NCBI GenBank assembly: GCA_026705925.1
Contig: JAPOZT010000008.1
Span: 68,217 to 132,216 of the forward strand
DNA from: Gemmatimonadota bacterium
GTDB taxonomy: Bacteria; JAAXHH01
DNA length: 64,000 bases
Reading direction: 5' to 3'
Each line of letters opens with the position of its first letter. The first letter of the stretch is position 1. A program made the translations under genes and the position numbers. Below are positions 1 through 9,551 of the stretch, one piece after another. The notes beneath the pieces were generated by a model. The model was given only the letters and a program-made list of their open reading frames with translations. It did not search any database and was not told the DNA's origin.

Positions 1-148
1 TTTTGCCCTGGGCGGCGTGACCCCCGGCCGCACGCGGGCGTGCCTGGAAGCGGGTGCCTCCGGTGTTGCCGCGATCTCGGCGGTGCTGTCACAATCCGAC
101 ATTCCCGAGGCCGTCAAAAAGTTCGAAAAGGCCCTCGGCGGCCTGTGA
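1..148 (+). CDS. thiE: thiamine-phosphate synthase ThiE, C-terminal fragment (5' end lies outside the window)
   Basis: Reading from position 2 gives FALGGVTPGRTRACLEAGASGVAAISAVLSQSDIPEAVKKFEKALGGL*. This matches the ThiE C-terminus (GG(I/V)T..N......AGA.GV(A/S)(V/M)ISAI). Stop TGA at 146-148. Confidence 0.6.
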   Translation, partial: FALGGVTPGRTRACLEAGASGVAAISAVLSQSDIPEAVKKFEKALGGL

Positions 149-309
149 CCTCTCGCGGCACCTCTCGCGGCACCGTTCGGGGCACCCTTCGCGACACCGA
201 TCGGGGCACCTAAAATAGTTGTTGACAATTCCGGTAAACATACCGAAGTTAGTGGGGAACCATCGACATTTCAGCATTCTAGACTGCCTTCCGCTTACTT
301 TATCCCAAT

Positions 310-1113
310 GTGAGGCGATGTATGCGGCGCATATGGAAAGAAATGAAACGAACGCTCCTGATGTCGGGCCTGCTTGCAGGAATGATCGGAATCGCGTGCA
401 GTGGTACGTCCGTCGAGGAGGAAGTCACGGTCGTCAGCTCCGAGACGATCGGCACCGAGATCGGCCATACGGCGCCGAACTTCGAAGTGTATACCATGGA
501 TGGCACGAAGGTAACCCTGGAGGACTTCAGGGGCCGGCCCCTGTTCGTGAACTTCTGGGCTTGGTGGTGCCCGCCCTGCATCAGGGATGCGGAACCCCTG
601 ATGAACATCGCGAAAAAGTACGAGGGACGGATAGACTTTCTTTTCGTCGGCGTGAACAAATTCTACAAGGATGAGCAACCGCTCGATCCCGCAGAATTCG
701 AGGAAGGATTCGGCCCCGGACTGGAAACCTTCAAGCAAGGACTTCTGGCGTCCAGGCTGGTTCGTCCTTCCGACGAATCGGAAAAGAACGATCCGGATAA
801 AATGGCCGGGATCGCGGCGCGGAACGAAGAAGTCATCGCGTACTATATGGCCAGCCCGACCTCCCTTTTCGATTTTCGCGGCTACTGGGAACGACAGTTC
901 CGGGCCAAGACCAACCAGCGCTACGGCATTCCCGTCACCTACCTGATCGACGGCGAGGGACGCATCAAGCTGGACGTCCATCCCAACGATCAGCACTGGG
1001 ACAAGCACGACGATATCCTGGAAGACCTGATCGCGGGCAAGGACCTGTCCCACTACGCCGAGCGCTTCCCCATACCACCTAAACACCTGCGCGAGGAGGC
1101 ATCGGGAAGCTGA
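310..1113 (+). CDS. TlpA-like thiol:disulfide oxidoreductase (thioredoxin fold, WCPPC active site), probable signal peptide or lipoprotein
   Basis: The ORF has a WWCPPC motif in the context FVNFWAWWCPPC (AhpC/TSA/TlpA family). The N-terminus MKRTLLMSGLLAGMIGIACSG looks like a signal peptide ending in Cys, so the likely true start is the ATG at 343. It is about 90 aa longer than typical TlpA. Confidence 0.75.
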   Translation: MRRCMRRIWKEMKRTLLMSGLLAGMIGIACSGTSVEEEVTVVSSETIGTEIGHTAPNFEVYTMDGTKVTLEDFRGRPLFVNFWAWWCPPCIRDAEPLMNIAKKYEGRIDFLFVGVNKFYKDEQPLDPAEFEEGFGPGLETFKQGLLASRLVRPSDESEKNDPDKMAGIAARNEEVIAYYMASPTSLFDFRGYWERQFRAKTNQRYGIPVTYLIDGEGRIKLDVHPNDQHWDKHDDILEDLIAGKDLSHYAERFPIPPKHLREEASGS

Positions 1114-1250
1114 TCACCAGGACGATAGCTTTCTTCAAGTGCCTTTTCCTGGCTTGTCTCGCCGGCGCGGTCACCCATGCCGGCATTTCAGCCCAGGAAC
1201 TTTCCAGGCCGCTTTGCGGCACGCTGCACCTCCATCCCTTCGTCCAGCCC

Positions 1251-2927
1251 TTGGAGGGCGGACTCGCCGCCAGGACCCACCGGCCCGAACAGGTCGGCCC
1301 GGGCCGGCCCACCGAACCAGGCGAAGGGGACCGCACGAACGACCTCGGACACACCTATACGGCCGAGCCCGAATTCTATGTCAGTCCGGGCGGCCACTTC
1401 AAGATCTGGTACGTCACCACGACGGAAGACCGGCCCGGCGCGGGCTGGCCGGAACTGGAAGACGCAGCCGACGGCACCGTTCCCGAATATGTCCGGCACT
1501 GCGCGGTATTCCTGGATGAATCCCGCCGCGTCATCGTGGAAGATCTGGGTTACCGACCGCCGCCCGTGGACTACGACCATCACGATCGATACGTGGCGAT
1601 GGATGCGGACGATGGCGGGGACGGGCTATACGACGTCTATATTACCGATCTCCCGAGTCAATTCAGTGGCTATACCCGCCCGGAAGCGGTCACAACGGGC
1701 GCGAGCCTTCCTTCGTACATCGTCGTGGACAACGATTACGCCGAGTCCCGGAGGACGGTGGAGAAGGCGCTGGACCTGCTGCGGATCACCGTCGCCCACG
1801 AGTACTTCCACGCCGTGCAGTTCGGCTACGACGCGGGGGAAGAGGCTTTCTGGCTGGAACAGAGTGCCGTGTGGATGGAGGAGCAGGTCTATGACGAGGT
1901 CGACGACTACCTGACCTACCTGCCTACGTTCAGCGGTTTCCTGACGGAGCCATGGAAATCGCTCGATACCTCGAACGGGGAGCATGAATACGCGGGCGTG
2001 CTCTGGCCGCTGTACCTGGAAAAGCGGCACGACAGGGACCTGATCCGCGGCATCTGGGAACGGGCCGGGACGAGCCGGGCGCTGGATGCCATCGACGAGG
2101 GACTGCGCAGTGTCGGCAGCGATCTGAAATCCGCCTTCCAGGAATTCACTACGTGGAACGTCTTCACCGGGGACCGCGCCAACGCGGACCGGTTCCATAA
2201 AGAAGGCGCCGCCTGGCCCCTGGTCGAGCTGAGTGGCCGGCATGGTCTGCACGAGAACGATCCCCAGGGCGCATCGGGCACATACTTTTTTGACGGTCCC
2301 CAGATCCCCGCCCACCAGTACCCGGACCACCTCGCCGCGAACTACATACGTTTTATCCCGGATCCCTCGCTTCCCGGCGGGTTGCGCATCGATTTCTCGG
2401 GTATAACCGGGGAGTGGGGCGTTTCCGTGGCGGCCAGCGGCGACGTAGACACGGTGATGACGGTCCCCGCGACCCGGGGAGACGTATCCATCGAGGTACC
2501 CGACTGGACGCGGTACGAGACCGTCATGCTCGTGGTGGCGTCTTTAGATCGCACCGGAGACGGTTTCGAGTACGCTTACACGGCGGCCTACGATCCCGGT
2601 CTTACGGGCGACGACCGGACTGGCCGGCCGATCGCCGCGTCCCTCACCACGTATCCGAATCCCTTCCGCCTGGGCAGTGGGCCCGCCACCGTCCGGTACG
2701 AAGTCGACCGGCCGGGAGAGGTTCAGCTCACCCTGTACAACGTCATGGGCCGGAAGGTCCGCACGCTGGTGGACGGCATCCATGAGGACGGCACGTTCAC
2801 TACCACGTGGGACGGGAAAGACGATGGAGGAAGAAGGGTAGCCAGCGGTGTCTATCTGTGCCGGATGACGACCGGAGGGGCGGCGGAGCGTTCCGAAGTA
2901 ACGCGCAAGCTGCTGTTCCTAAAATAA
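1251..2927 (+). CDS. secreted zinc metalloprotease (HEXXH) with T9SS (Por) C-terminal sorting domain; N-terminal signal peptide encoded upstream at 1083-1250 without a canonical start
   Basis: HEXXH is present in TVAHEYFHAVQFGYD. The C-terminal ~90 aa (YPNPFRLGSGPATVRYEV...VQLTLYNVMGRKVRTLV...GVYLCRM) match the Por_Secre_tail/T9SS CTD. The same frame is open from 1083 and there encodes KLITRTIAFFKCLFLACLAGAVTHAGISAQE, which looks like a signal peptide. Confidence 0.7.
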   Translation: MEGGLAARTHRPEQVGPGRPTEPGEGDRTNDLGHTYTAEPEFYVSPGGHFKIWYVTTTEDRPGAGWPELEDAADGTVPEYVRHCAVFLDESRRVIVEDLGYRPPPVDYDHHDRYVAMDADDGGDGLYDVYITDLPSQFSGYTRPEAVTTGASLPSYIVVDNDYAESRRTVEKALDLLRITVAHEYFHAVQFGYDAGEEAFWLEQSAVWMEEQVYDEVDDYLTYLPTFSGFLTEPWKSLDTSNGEHEYAGVLWPLYLEKRHDRDLIRGIWERAGTSRALDAIDEGLRSVGSDLKSAFQEFTTWNVFTGDRANADRFHKEGAAWPLVELSGRHGLHENDPQGASGTYFFDGPQIPAHQYPDHLAANYIRFIPDPSLPGGLRIDFSGITGEWGVSVAASGDVDTVMTVPATRGDVSIEVPDWTRYETVMLVVASLDRTGDGFEYAYTAAYDPGLTGDDRTGRPIAASLTTYPNPFRLGSGPATVRYEVDRPGEVQLTLYNVMGRKVRTLVDGIHEDGTFTTTWDGKDDGGRRVASGVYLCRMTTGGAAERSEVTRKLLFLK

Positions 2928-3884
2928 CGGATCCGTGAATGACCGGATGATCTTCTCGCAGGTTTCGGCCGGACCTTCCCCTTCGTCCACGGTGATCCAT
3001 TCGATGTCCCCGGTCTGCCTGAACCAGGTCAGCTGGCGCTTCGCGTACTGCCTGGACCGCTGCTGAATGAGCGAAACCGCATCCTTCAATTCCAGCTCGC
3101 CCTCGATGCACTGCAGCATTTCCGCGTACCCAAACGTCGACATGGCGTGGGTCCCGGGACCAAACCCCCGGACCATCAGGCCGCGGACCTCCTCCTCGAG
3201 ACCCGATTCGATCATTTTCTCGACCCTGGCGTCGATACGCCCATAGAGTGCGGCGCGGTCACGGCGCAACCCGACCAGACGCGTTCCGCGGGATCGGGAC
3301 CGGACGGGCTTTTCGAACCAGGACGTCAGGGTCTCGCCCGTGGCGTCGTGGACCTCCAGCGCCCTTACTATGCGTTGCCGGTCGTTCGCATGGATTCGCG
3401 CGGCCGAAGCCGGATCGACTGCACTCAGCCGACCATGGAGCGCGTCGGTGGACGCTGACCGGTATTCGTCCACCAGGCGTTGCCGGACTGCCGGCGGGAT
3501 TTCCGGTGCGTCGAACATTCCGCCCGCAAGCGCCTTGATGTACAGCCCCGCGCCGCCGACCACGAGGGCCGGCACCTCCCGGGTCGCAATCTCCTGGATC
3601 GCCTCCCGGGCCAGGCGGCCGTATTCGCCGGCGCTGAACCGTACATCCGGATCGACGACGTCGATGAGGTGATGGGGAGCCGCGGCCTGCTCTTCCGCGG
3701 TGGGCTTGGCCGTCCCGATATCCATGTACCGGTAGATCTGGCGGGAATCGGCCGAGATGATCTCCGCACCGAAGCGCCGTGCCAGCTCGATGCCCACAGC
3801 GGTCTTACCCACGCCGGTGGGACCCACGAGAACCGGTATGGGACGTGCGTCGGCGCCATCGGATTCCATTGGACGGGAGGTCAC
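2919..3884 (-). CDS. miaA: tRNA dimethylallyltransferase
   Basis: P-loop VLVGPTGVGKTAVGIELA, plus DSRQIYRYMDIGTAKP and the overall MiaA pattern. 321 aa. Confidence 0.9.
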   Translation of the reverse strand: MTSRPMESDGADARPIPVLVGPTGVGKTAVGIELARRFGAEIISADSRQIYRYMDIGTAKPTAEEQAAAPHHLIDVVDPDVRFSAGEYGRLAREAIQEIATREVPALVVGGAGLYIKALAGGMFDAPEIPPAVRQRLVDEYRSASTDALHGRLSAVDPASAARIHANDRQRIVRALEVHDATGETLTSWFEKPVRSRSRGTRLVGLRRDRAALYGRIDARVEKMIESGLEEEVRGLMVRGFGPGTHAMSTFGYAEMLQCIEGELELKDAVSLIQQRSRQYAKRQLTWFRQTGDIEWITVDEGEGPAETCEKIIRSFTDPLF

Positions 3885-4714
3885 GATTCGTTCCCGGCGC
3901 TCGCCGCGGGACCTCCGCTACCTGCCGTGGAACCTTCGGCGCCTGCGGCGGGTTCTCCGGCGCTCGCCGCGGCGGACCGCCAGTCGCGCACCGCCCGGGC
4001 GACGGCGACGACGGGGGCGGTCCAGATGCGGTCACGGTGTGCCCGGAGATAGCCGCACAGCCCGCTGAAATCGGATTCCGTCACGGACAGGTGCCCTTCC
4101 GAGATCCCGTGAAAGGTCAACACGGCCCAGTGTCCCTGATTCATCGCCTCCTCGACCAGGCCAATCATCCCGGAGCGGGCCTGGCGCTCCACGGGGAAGG
4201 AGTAGAGGTGGTGGAGATCTGCGGTCAGGGGGGGATTGGCGAAGTCCCCCTTGCCCCGGCCGGCGAAATGGTGGCGGGCCACGACCGGAACGTAACTCCG
4301 GCGGCCCGGTCCCTCGCCCACGTGGGCATGGTAGCAGGGATAGCAGAAGGTGAAATCCACCTGTCCCGGGATGGCTTCGGCGATGCGCCGCCTGCCCTCG
4401 CCGATCTCCCACTCCATGTCGTCGAGGGTCATCGTCTCCAGGCAGTCCGTGCGGGTCTCCTTGAACGCGCAGGAACAGGGATGATTTACCGTATGGTTGC
4501 CCACCTCGTGTCCGTCGTCCGCCACGGCCTTCCACGGCGCGAGCAGGCCGCGCCAGTCCGGACCCTTGGGATTGACGTAAAACGTGCCGTGAAGACCGTT
4601 TTCGGCCAGTATCGGGAGGGCCCGGTCGAGCTGGGACGGCATCCCGTCGTCGAAGGTCAGGGAGACGGCGCCTCCACATCCTTCCCGCCAGGGATGGGGG
4701 TGTCCGCCGGTCAT
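3881..4714 (-). CDS. polysaccharide deacetylase (NodB homology / CE4 family)
   Basis: Carries the TFDDG and HTVNHP motifs typical of CE4 deacetylases. There is a 4-nt stop/start overlap with miaA. Confidence 0.8.
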   Translation of the reverse strand: MTGGHPHPWREGCGGAVSLTFDDGMPSQLDRALPILAENGLHGTFYVNPKGPDWRGLLAPWKAVADDGHEVGNHTVNHPCSCAFKETRTDCLETMTLDDMEWEIGEGRRRIAEAIPGQVDFTFCYPCYHAHVGEGPGRRSYVPVVARHHFAGRGKGDFANPPLTADLHHLYSFPVERQARSGMIGLVEEAMNQGHWAVLTFHGISEGHLSVTESDFSGLCGYLRAHRDRIWTAPVVAVARAVRDWRSAAASAGEPAAGAEGSTAGSGGPAASAGNES

Positions 4715-4845
4715 GGAATCCGCCTTTCATTCACCTTGATTGTATGCCTTGCGCTCCGTATAATATACCATAACCGGTGCCCGGCACCCTGTCAATTTCC
4801 CATTAACCGACTTCCCGTAACACATACGATAGAAAGTACCACGCG

Positions 4846-6192
4846 ATGACCTACGGCGACCGTGACCAACTGCTGAGGGACGACGCATACCTGATCCATC
4901 CCCTGCAGCACCGCGACGATCATGACGAGCCCCTGATCTGCGTACGCGCCGAGGGCTCCACGCTCTTCGACATCGAGGGCAACCGTTACCTCGACGGGCT
5001 TTCCAGCCTGTGGAACGTAAACGTGGGCCACGGACGGCGCGAGCTGGCGGCGGCCGCCGCGGACCAGATCGAGGAACTGGGGTTCTTTTCATGCTACGCG
5101 GGGGCGACGAATATCCCGGCCATACGCCTGGCCAGCCGCCTGAAGGAGCTGGCGCCGGGCGCGCTGAACCATACTTTTTTCACGTCCGGCGGCGCCGTAT
5201 CCAACGACAGCGCGATCAAGACGGCGCGGTACTTCTGGCAACGGGCCGGACGGCCGGACAAGACCGGGATCATATCCAGGAGGCACGCCTACCACGGCGT
5301 GACCATCGGCGCCATGAACGCCACCGGGCTGGAAGCCTACTGGGAGGACTTCGGATCCAGCCTGCCCGGATACGTCCATATCGACGCGCCCTATCCCTAT
5401 CACTACAGGCCTGAGGACCCCGGGGTGGGATGCGGCGAGGCGAGCGCCAGGGCCCTCGAGGAAGCGATTCTGCGGGAGGGGCCCGACAATGTGGCCGCCT
5501 TCATCGGAGAACCCGTGCAGGGCGCGGCGGGCGTCATCGTGCCGCCGGAGGACTACTGGCCGCGAGTCCGGGAGATCTGCACGAAGTACGACGTACTGCT
5601 GATCGCCGACGAAGTGATCACCGGGTTCGGTCGCATCGGCCACTGGTTCGGCGTGTCCTACTGGAATATCGAACCGGACATCATCACCTTCGCCAAGGGC
5701 ATCACCAGCGGGTACGTGCCGCTCGGGGGCATCATCGTCTCGGACGAAATACACGACTGCATCCAGAACGCCCCCGGGGACCGGAAGTGGAATCACTCTT
5801 TCACCTACTCCGGGCACCCGACCTGCTGCGCCGTCGGGCTGGCGAATCTCGATCTCCTGGAGCATGAAGGCCTCATAGAGCGAAGCAGGATCATGGGGGA
5901 AAGGCTGATGGAGGGCCTGCGGACGCTACGGACGCTCCAGCACGTGGGCGACATCCGTGGCATCGGGCTGATGGCCGCCGTGGAGGTAGTGGAAGACCCC
6001 GCATCCCGCAAACCCTACGATCCCGCGTCGAAGACAGGCGGACGCATCGTGAAGAAGATGCTCGAAAACGGCGTCTACACCCGTTGCCGGGGAGACAGCG
6101 TCAGTTTCGCTCCCCCATTCGTCGTAACAACCGAAGAGCTGGACCGGATGGTTAACGTAGCCGGAGAGGCCATTGAATCGGTTACGTCCTGA
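4846..6192 (+). CDS. class III PLP-dependent aminotransferase (omega-transaminase family)
   Basis: Aminotransferase class III architecture. Contains the Schiff-base lysine context FAKGITSGYVPLGG and DEVITGFGRIG. 448 aa. Confidence 0.85.
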   Translation: MTYGDRDQLLRDDAYLIHPLQHRDDHDEPLICVRAEGSTLFDIEGNRYLDGLSSLWNVNVGHGRRELAAAAADQIEELGFFSCYAGATNIPAIRLASRLKELAPGALNHTFFTSGGAVSNDSAIKTARYFWQRAGRPDKTGIISRRHAYHGVTIGAMNATGLEAYWEDFGSSLPGYVHIDAPYPYHYRPEDPGVGCGEASARALEEAILREGPDNVAAFIGEPVQGAAGVIVPPEDYWPRVREICTKYDVLLIADEVITGFGRIGHWFGVSYWNIEPDIITFAKGITSGYVPLGGIIVSDEIHDCIQNAPGDRKWNHSFTYSGHPTCCAVGLANLDLLEHEGLIERSRIMGERLMEGLRTLRTLQHVGDIRGIGLMAAVEVVEDPASRKPYDPASKTGGRIVKKMLENGVYTRCRGDSVSFAPPFVVTTEELDRMVNVAGEAIESVTS

Positions 6193-6220
6193 AGAGGACA
6201 CAGGGACCAGGAGGCGCGCC

Positions 6221-6550
6221 ATGAAACTCCTCATCGCGATCGTCAATAAAAGGGACATCCAGCATCTTACCGATGCACTGATCGACAACGATTTCCGGTT
6301 CACCGAAATCGGCAGCACGGGCGGATTCCTGCGCGCGGGCAATGTCACCCTGTTGATCGGGGTGGACGACGAGCGCGTGCCTCCCGTGCTCGAACTCATC
6401 CAGAACCACTGCCACGCGCGGGAGGAAGCCATCGACGTCGCGCAGATCGGCACCCATCTAGACGCCCTGGGGCTGGGGGAGGCCGTAACGACCACGGTGG
6501 GCGGCGCGCAGGTGTTCATCATCCAGGCCGAACGCATGGTCGTGGTCTGA
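6221..6550 (+). CDS. darA: PII-like cyclic-di-AMP receptor (DarA/PstA, YaaQ/DUF970 family)
   Basis: MKLLIAIVNKRDIQHLTDALIDNDFRFTEIGSTGGFLRAGNVTLLIGVDDERV aligns closely to B. subtilis YaaQ/DarA. RBS GGAGG lies upstream. The start is taken at the internal ATG 6221 of the listed ORF. Confidence 0.75.
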   Translation: MKLLIAIVNKRDIQHLTDALIDNDFRFTEIGSTGGFLRAGNVTLLIGVDDERVPPVLELIQNHCHAREEAIDVAQIGTHLDALGLGEAVTTTVGGAQVFIIQAERMVVV

Positions 6551-6632
6551 TCGGGCACGCTTCCCTTAACCGGACGATCTGTACGATCCGGGCGATCCCG
6601 GCGATCCCGGCTGACAGAACAGGAGTACTTGG

Positions 6633-7733
6633 TTGAGAATAGGAATCATAGGACACACCGGTTGCGGAGACTACGGACATTCCCTGGACCAGGCCTTCGT
6701 GGGCGTGGAGGGCGCTGAGATCGCCGCCCTGGCCGATCCGGTCGAGGAGGGCAGGACGGCGGCGCTGGAACGTACCGGCGCGCAGCAAGGATACGCCCGG
6801 TACACGGATATGCTGGAGCGGGAGAAGCTGGACATCGTCGTCCTGGCCACCCACGAGATGAGCAACCATCTCGCCATGGTGCTGGCCGCCGCCGAACAGG
6901 GGGTCCACGTGTACGCGGAGAAGCCCCTGGCGCGCACCCCGGCCGAAGTGGACACCATGGTGGATGCCTGCGACCGGGCGGGCGTCCTCCTGATCATGGG
7001 CCACCCCTGGCGGGGACGGCCGGAAATCCAGCGCCAGGCCATCCCCATGATCCGGGACGGCGGGATCGGGGAACCGCGCTGGGCCCGCATGTACGGTTTC
7101 GGCGGAGAACACGGGGGAGACCAGTGGCTCATCGATCTCTATCCCCACTTCTTCGATTTCCTGTGGCAGCTCTTCGGCGAACCGTCGTGGTGCCAGGCGA
7201 TCATCACCCAGGACGGCCGTCCGGCCCGCCCGTCGGACCGGAAGGAAGGGCTGTTCGGCATGGGCACCTCCGCGGGAAACGGCCTGTGGGCCCATTACCA
7301 GTTCGACGGTTTCAACGCGGAGTTCGAGTCCTTCGCGGGCGACGGGATCGAGAACCCCTATCGCATCGACCTCCACGGGACCGAGGGCACGCTCGTCCTG
7401 CCCGGCCCCACGCAGGACGGACCGGACATCTACTTTCATCCCCATTCCAACCCGCAGCCCTTCGACGACGACCGCTGGGAAGTGCTCGCCCACGAGCGGG
7501 TGTCGGGCGGGCAGAAATGGATCAACGCCCACCATCGCATGGCCCGATCCATGATGGATCTCATCGAAGGCAGAAATCCTGAATACGAGCTCTGTCACGC
7601 GCGCACGGCCCGCCGTCATATCGAAATGGCCATGGCGGCGCACCGTTCCCACATCACGGGCGCGCGGGTGGCCTTCCCCTTTGCCGAAACGGGCAACCCC
7701 TTCGACACCTGGACGGAAGAAGGGCGGGCCTAG
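6633..7733 (+). CDS. Gfo/Idh/MocA family oxidoreductase
   Basis: N-terminal Rossmann fold (RIGIIGHTGCG) and the EKP motif (VHVYAEKPLA). TTG start. Confidence 0.8.
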   Translation: MRIGIIGHTGCGDYGHSLDQAFVGVEGAEIAALADPVEEGRTAALERTGAQQGYARYTDMLEREKLDIVVLATHEMSNHLAMVLAAAEQGVHVYAEKPLARTPAEVDTMVDACDRAGVLLIMGHPWRGRPEIQRQAIPMIRDGGIGEPRWARMYGFGGEHGGDQWLIDLYPHFFDFLWQLFGEPSWCQAIITQDGRPARPSDRKEGLFGMGTSAGNGLWAHYQFDGFNAEFESFAGDGIENPYRIDLHGTEGTLVLPGPTQDGPDIYFHPHSNPQPFDDDRWEVLAHERVSGGQKWINAHHRMARSMMDLIEGRNPEYELCHARTARRHIEMAMAAHRSHITGARVAFPFAETGNPFDTWTEEGRA

Positions 7734-8642
7734 ATGGACATGGACCGCCTCCGGCACCACCTGGCCGGGCCCGTCGCCTCGATCAACACCCCCTTTTTCG
7801 AAAACGACGACATCGATTACGACGGGTTGCGCCGGTTCGTGGATTTCTGCATCGAAGCCGGGGCGGGCACCGTCCTGTTCACGCCCGGGGACAGTCTCTA
7901 CTCGGTACTCACCGAGGCGGAGGTTGCGGAGCTGACGGCCTTCACCGTTGATGTCGTGAACAAGCGGGCGCTGTTCATTGCGAGCGCGGGGTTCTGGTCC
8001 ACACCGCAGACCGCCGCCTTCGCGGAATTCGCCCGGGACCGCGGCGCGGACGCGGTGATCGTGGCGCCGCCCGACCGCGGGATGACGGTGGACGGTCTCG
8101 TGACGTACTACGATGCGGTATCACAGGCCCTGCCGGCCTTCATCCTGAGCGCCGGGCTGGTGAGCGTGGGGGTCCGGGGCGCGCTGGAAACGGTCGAACG
8201 GCTCCTGGACGAGGTACCGGGCGTCGTGGGATTCAAGGAAGACTTCGGCCCCGATTTTGCCCGGGGCGCCTGCGCCAGGGCCCACGACAAGTGGGTGATC
8301 TTCGCCGGCGGTCAGAAGCAGACCCACATGGACATGCTGCCTTACGGGTGCGACGGGTACATGTCGACCTTCATCAAGTTCAAGCCGGACGTGGCTCACG
8401 CCTACTGGGCCGCCATCGAGCGCGGAGATCTCGATGCGGCCGCAGACGTGATCGCGCGCTACGACATGCCCTTTTTCGACTACCTGTATAACACTTTTCC
8501 GGCGGGCGGCGACGCGGCGCAGCACGCCGTCCTGGAACTGGCCGGCATCTGCGGCCGCTGGCGGAGGAGTCCCCTGCCCGATCTATCGGACGCGGAGATG
8601 GAGCAGCTCAAAGGGTTCCTGACGAACGGCGGCATGCTTTAG
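7734..8642 (+). CDS. DHDPS/NAL family class I aldolase (DapA-like)
   Basis: Typical DapA-family N-terminus (INTPFFENDDIDYDGLRRFVDFCIEAGAGTV). The Schiff-base lysine is in GFKEDFG. Confidence 0.75.
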   Translation: MDMDRLRHHLAGPVASINTPFFENDDIDYDGLRRFVDFCIEAGAGTVLFTPGDSLYSVLTEAEVAELTAFTVDVVNKRALFIASAGFWSTPQTAAFAEFARDRGADAVIVAPPDRGMTVDGLVTYYDAVSQALPAFILSAGLVSVGVRGALETVERLLDEVPGVVGFKEDFGPDFARGACARAHDKWVIFAGGQKQTHMDMLPYGCDGYMSTFIKFKPDVAHAYWAAIERGDLDAAADVIARYDMPFFDYLYNTFPAGGDAAQHAVLELAGICGRWRRSPLPDLSDAEMEQLKGFLTNGGML

Positions 8643-8670
8643 GCGGCATGCTTTAAATGGAACCACGCCC

Positions 8671-9513
8671 ATGCAAATAGGCTATACGACCTGGGGCATG
8701 CCCAAAGTCCCCGTGGACCAGGCCCTGTCGTTCCTGCACGACGTGGGCTTTGACGCGGTGGAATTGACGGTCCTGCCGAACTACACGACGGCCGTGGACG
8801 GGCTGGACGCCGGTGAACGGCGTCGCATCAAGGCGCTCTGTGCCGGATTCGGCCTGGCCATGCCCGCCGTCGCCGCCCACCGCTCGCTCCTCGAAGAGGA
8901 TCCCGTCGCGCATCGGGAGAACATGCGCCTGCTGAAGCGGGCCGTCGACCTGTGCGCGGAATGGAGCGACGGCCGCGGCAGGCCTGTCCTGGACACGGTA
9001 ATGGGCGGCGCACCGGAAGACTGGGATACCAGGCTGGATTTCATCCTGGAACGAGTCCGGAATCTGGTGGACTACGCCGCGGAAAGAGATGTGGTGATCG
9101 GCATGGAAGCCCACGTGGGATGCGCCCTGGACACCGCGGAGAAGTCCGTCCAACTCGTGGAGACCATGGACTCGGCCCACCTTGGGCTCAATTTCGACAT
9201 CAGCCACTTCGACGTCCTGGGCATGCCCATCGAGGAAGCGGTCCGGCTCATGGCGCCCCACGCGGTGCACACCCACGTCAAGGACCAGCGGGGCCGCGTG
9301 CCCGATTTCGAGTTTCTCGTGCCCGGAGAGGGCGATTTCGACTTCGTGGCCTACTTGCGCGCCATGCACGCCGCAGGATACTCGGGTTCCATCACGGCGG
9401 AGGTCAGCAACATGGTGCAGCGGAAACCGGGATACGACCCCTTCGAAGCGGCCGCCCTGTGCTACCGGACTTTGGAAAACGCCTTCGTCGAAGCCGGTGT
9501 GCCCCGGCCGTGA
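8671..9513 (+). CDS. sugar phosphate isomerase/epimerase (xylose isomerase-like TIM barrel)
   Basis: Pattern of the AP_endonuc_2/xylose-isomerase-like family (GFDAVEL...HVGC...HVKD). Confidence 0.75.
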   Translation: MQIGYTTWGMPKVPVDQALSFLHDVGFDAVELTVLPNYTTAVDGLDAGERRRIKALCAGFGLAMPAVAAHRSLLEEDPVAHRENMRLLKRAVDLCAEWSDGRGRPVLDTVMGGAPEDWDTRLDFILERVRNLVDYAAERDVVIGMEAHVGCALDTAEKSVQLVETMDSAHLGLNFDISHFDVLGMPIEEAVRLMAPHAVHTHVKDQRGRVPDFEFLVPGEGDFDFVAYLRAMHAAGYSGSITAEVSNMVQRKPGYDPFEAAALCYRTLENAFVEAGVPRP

Positions 9514-9551
9514 ATACGCAGCGCGCCATTTAAGAACCCGCTACTGAAAGG

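Noticed and set aside
3779-4849. Long GC-frame ORFs on the opposite strand or other frames of real genes (e.g. 3779-4849+, 6519-7760-, 12504-14954+, 19508-21481-, 41813-43708+, 46811-47890-)
   Set aside because: They are Arg/Pro/Gly-rich translations typical of stop-codon-poor frames in high-GC DNA. Each is fully overlapped by a gene with clear domain signatures, and none shows a family motif.
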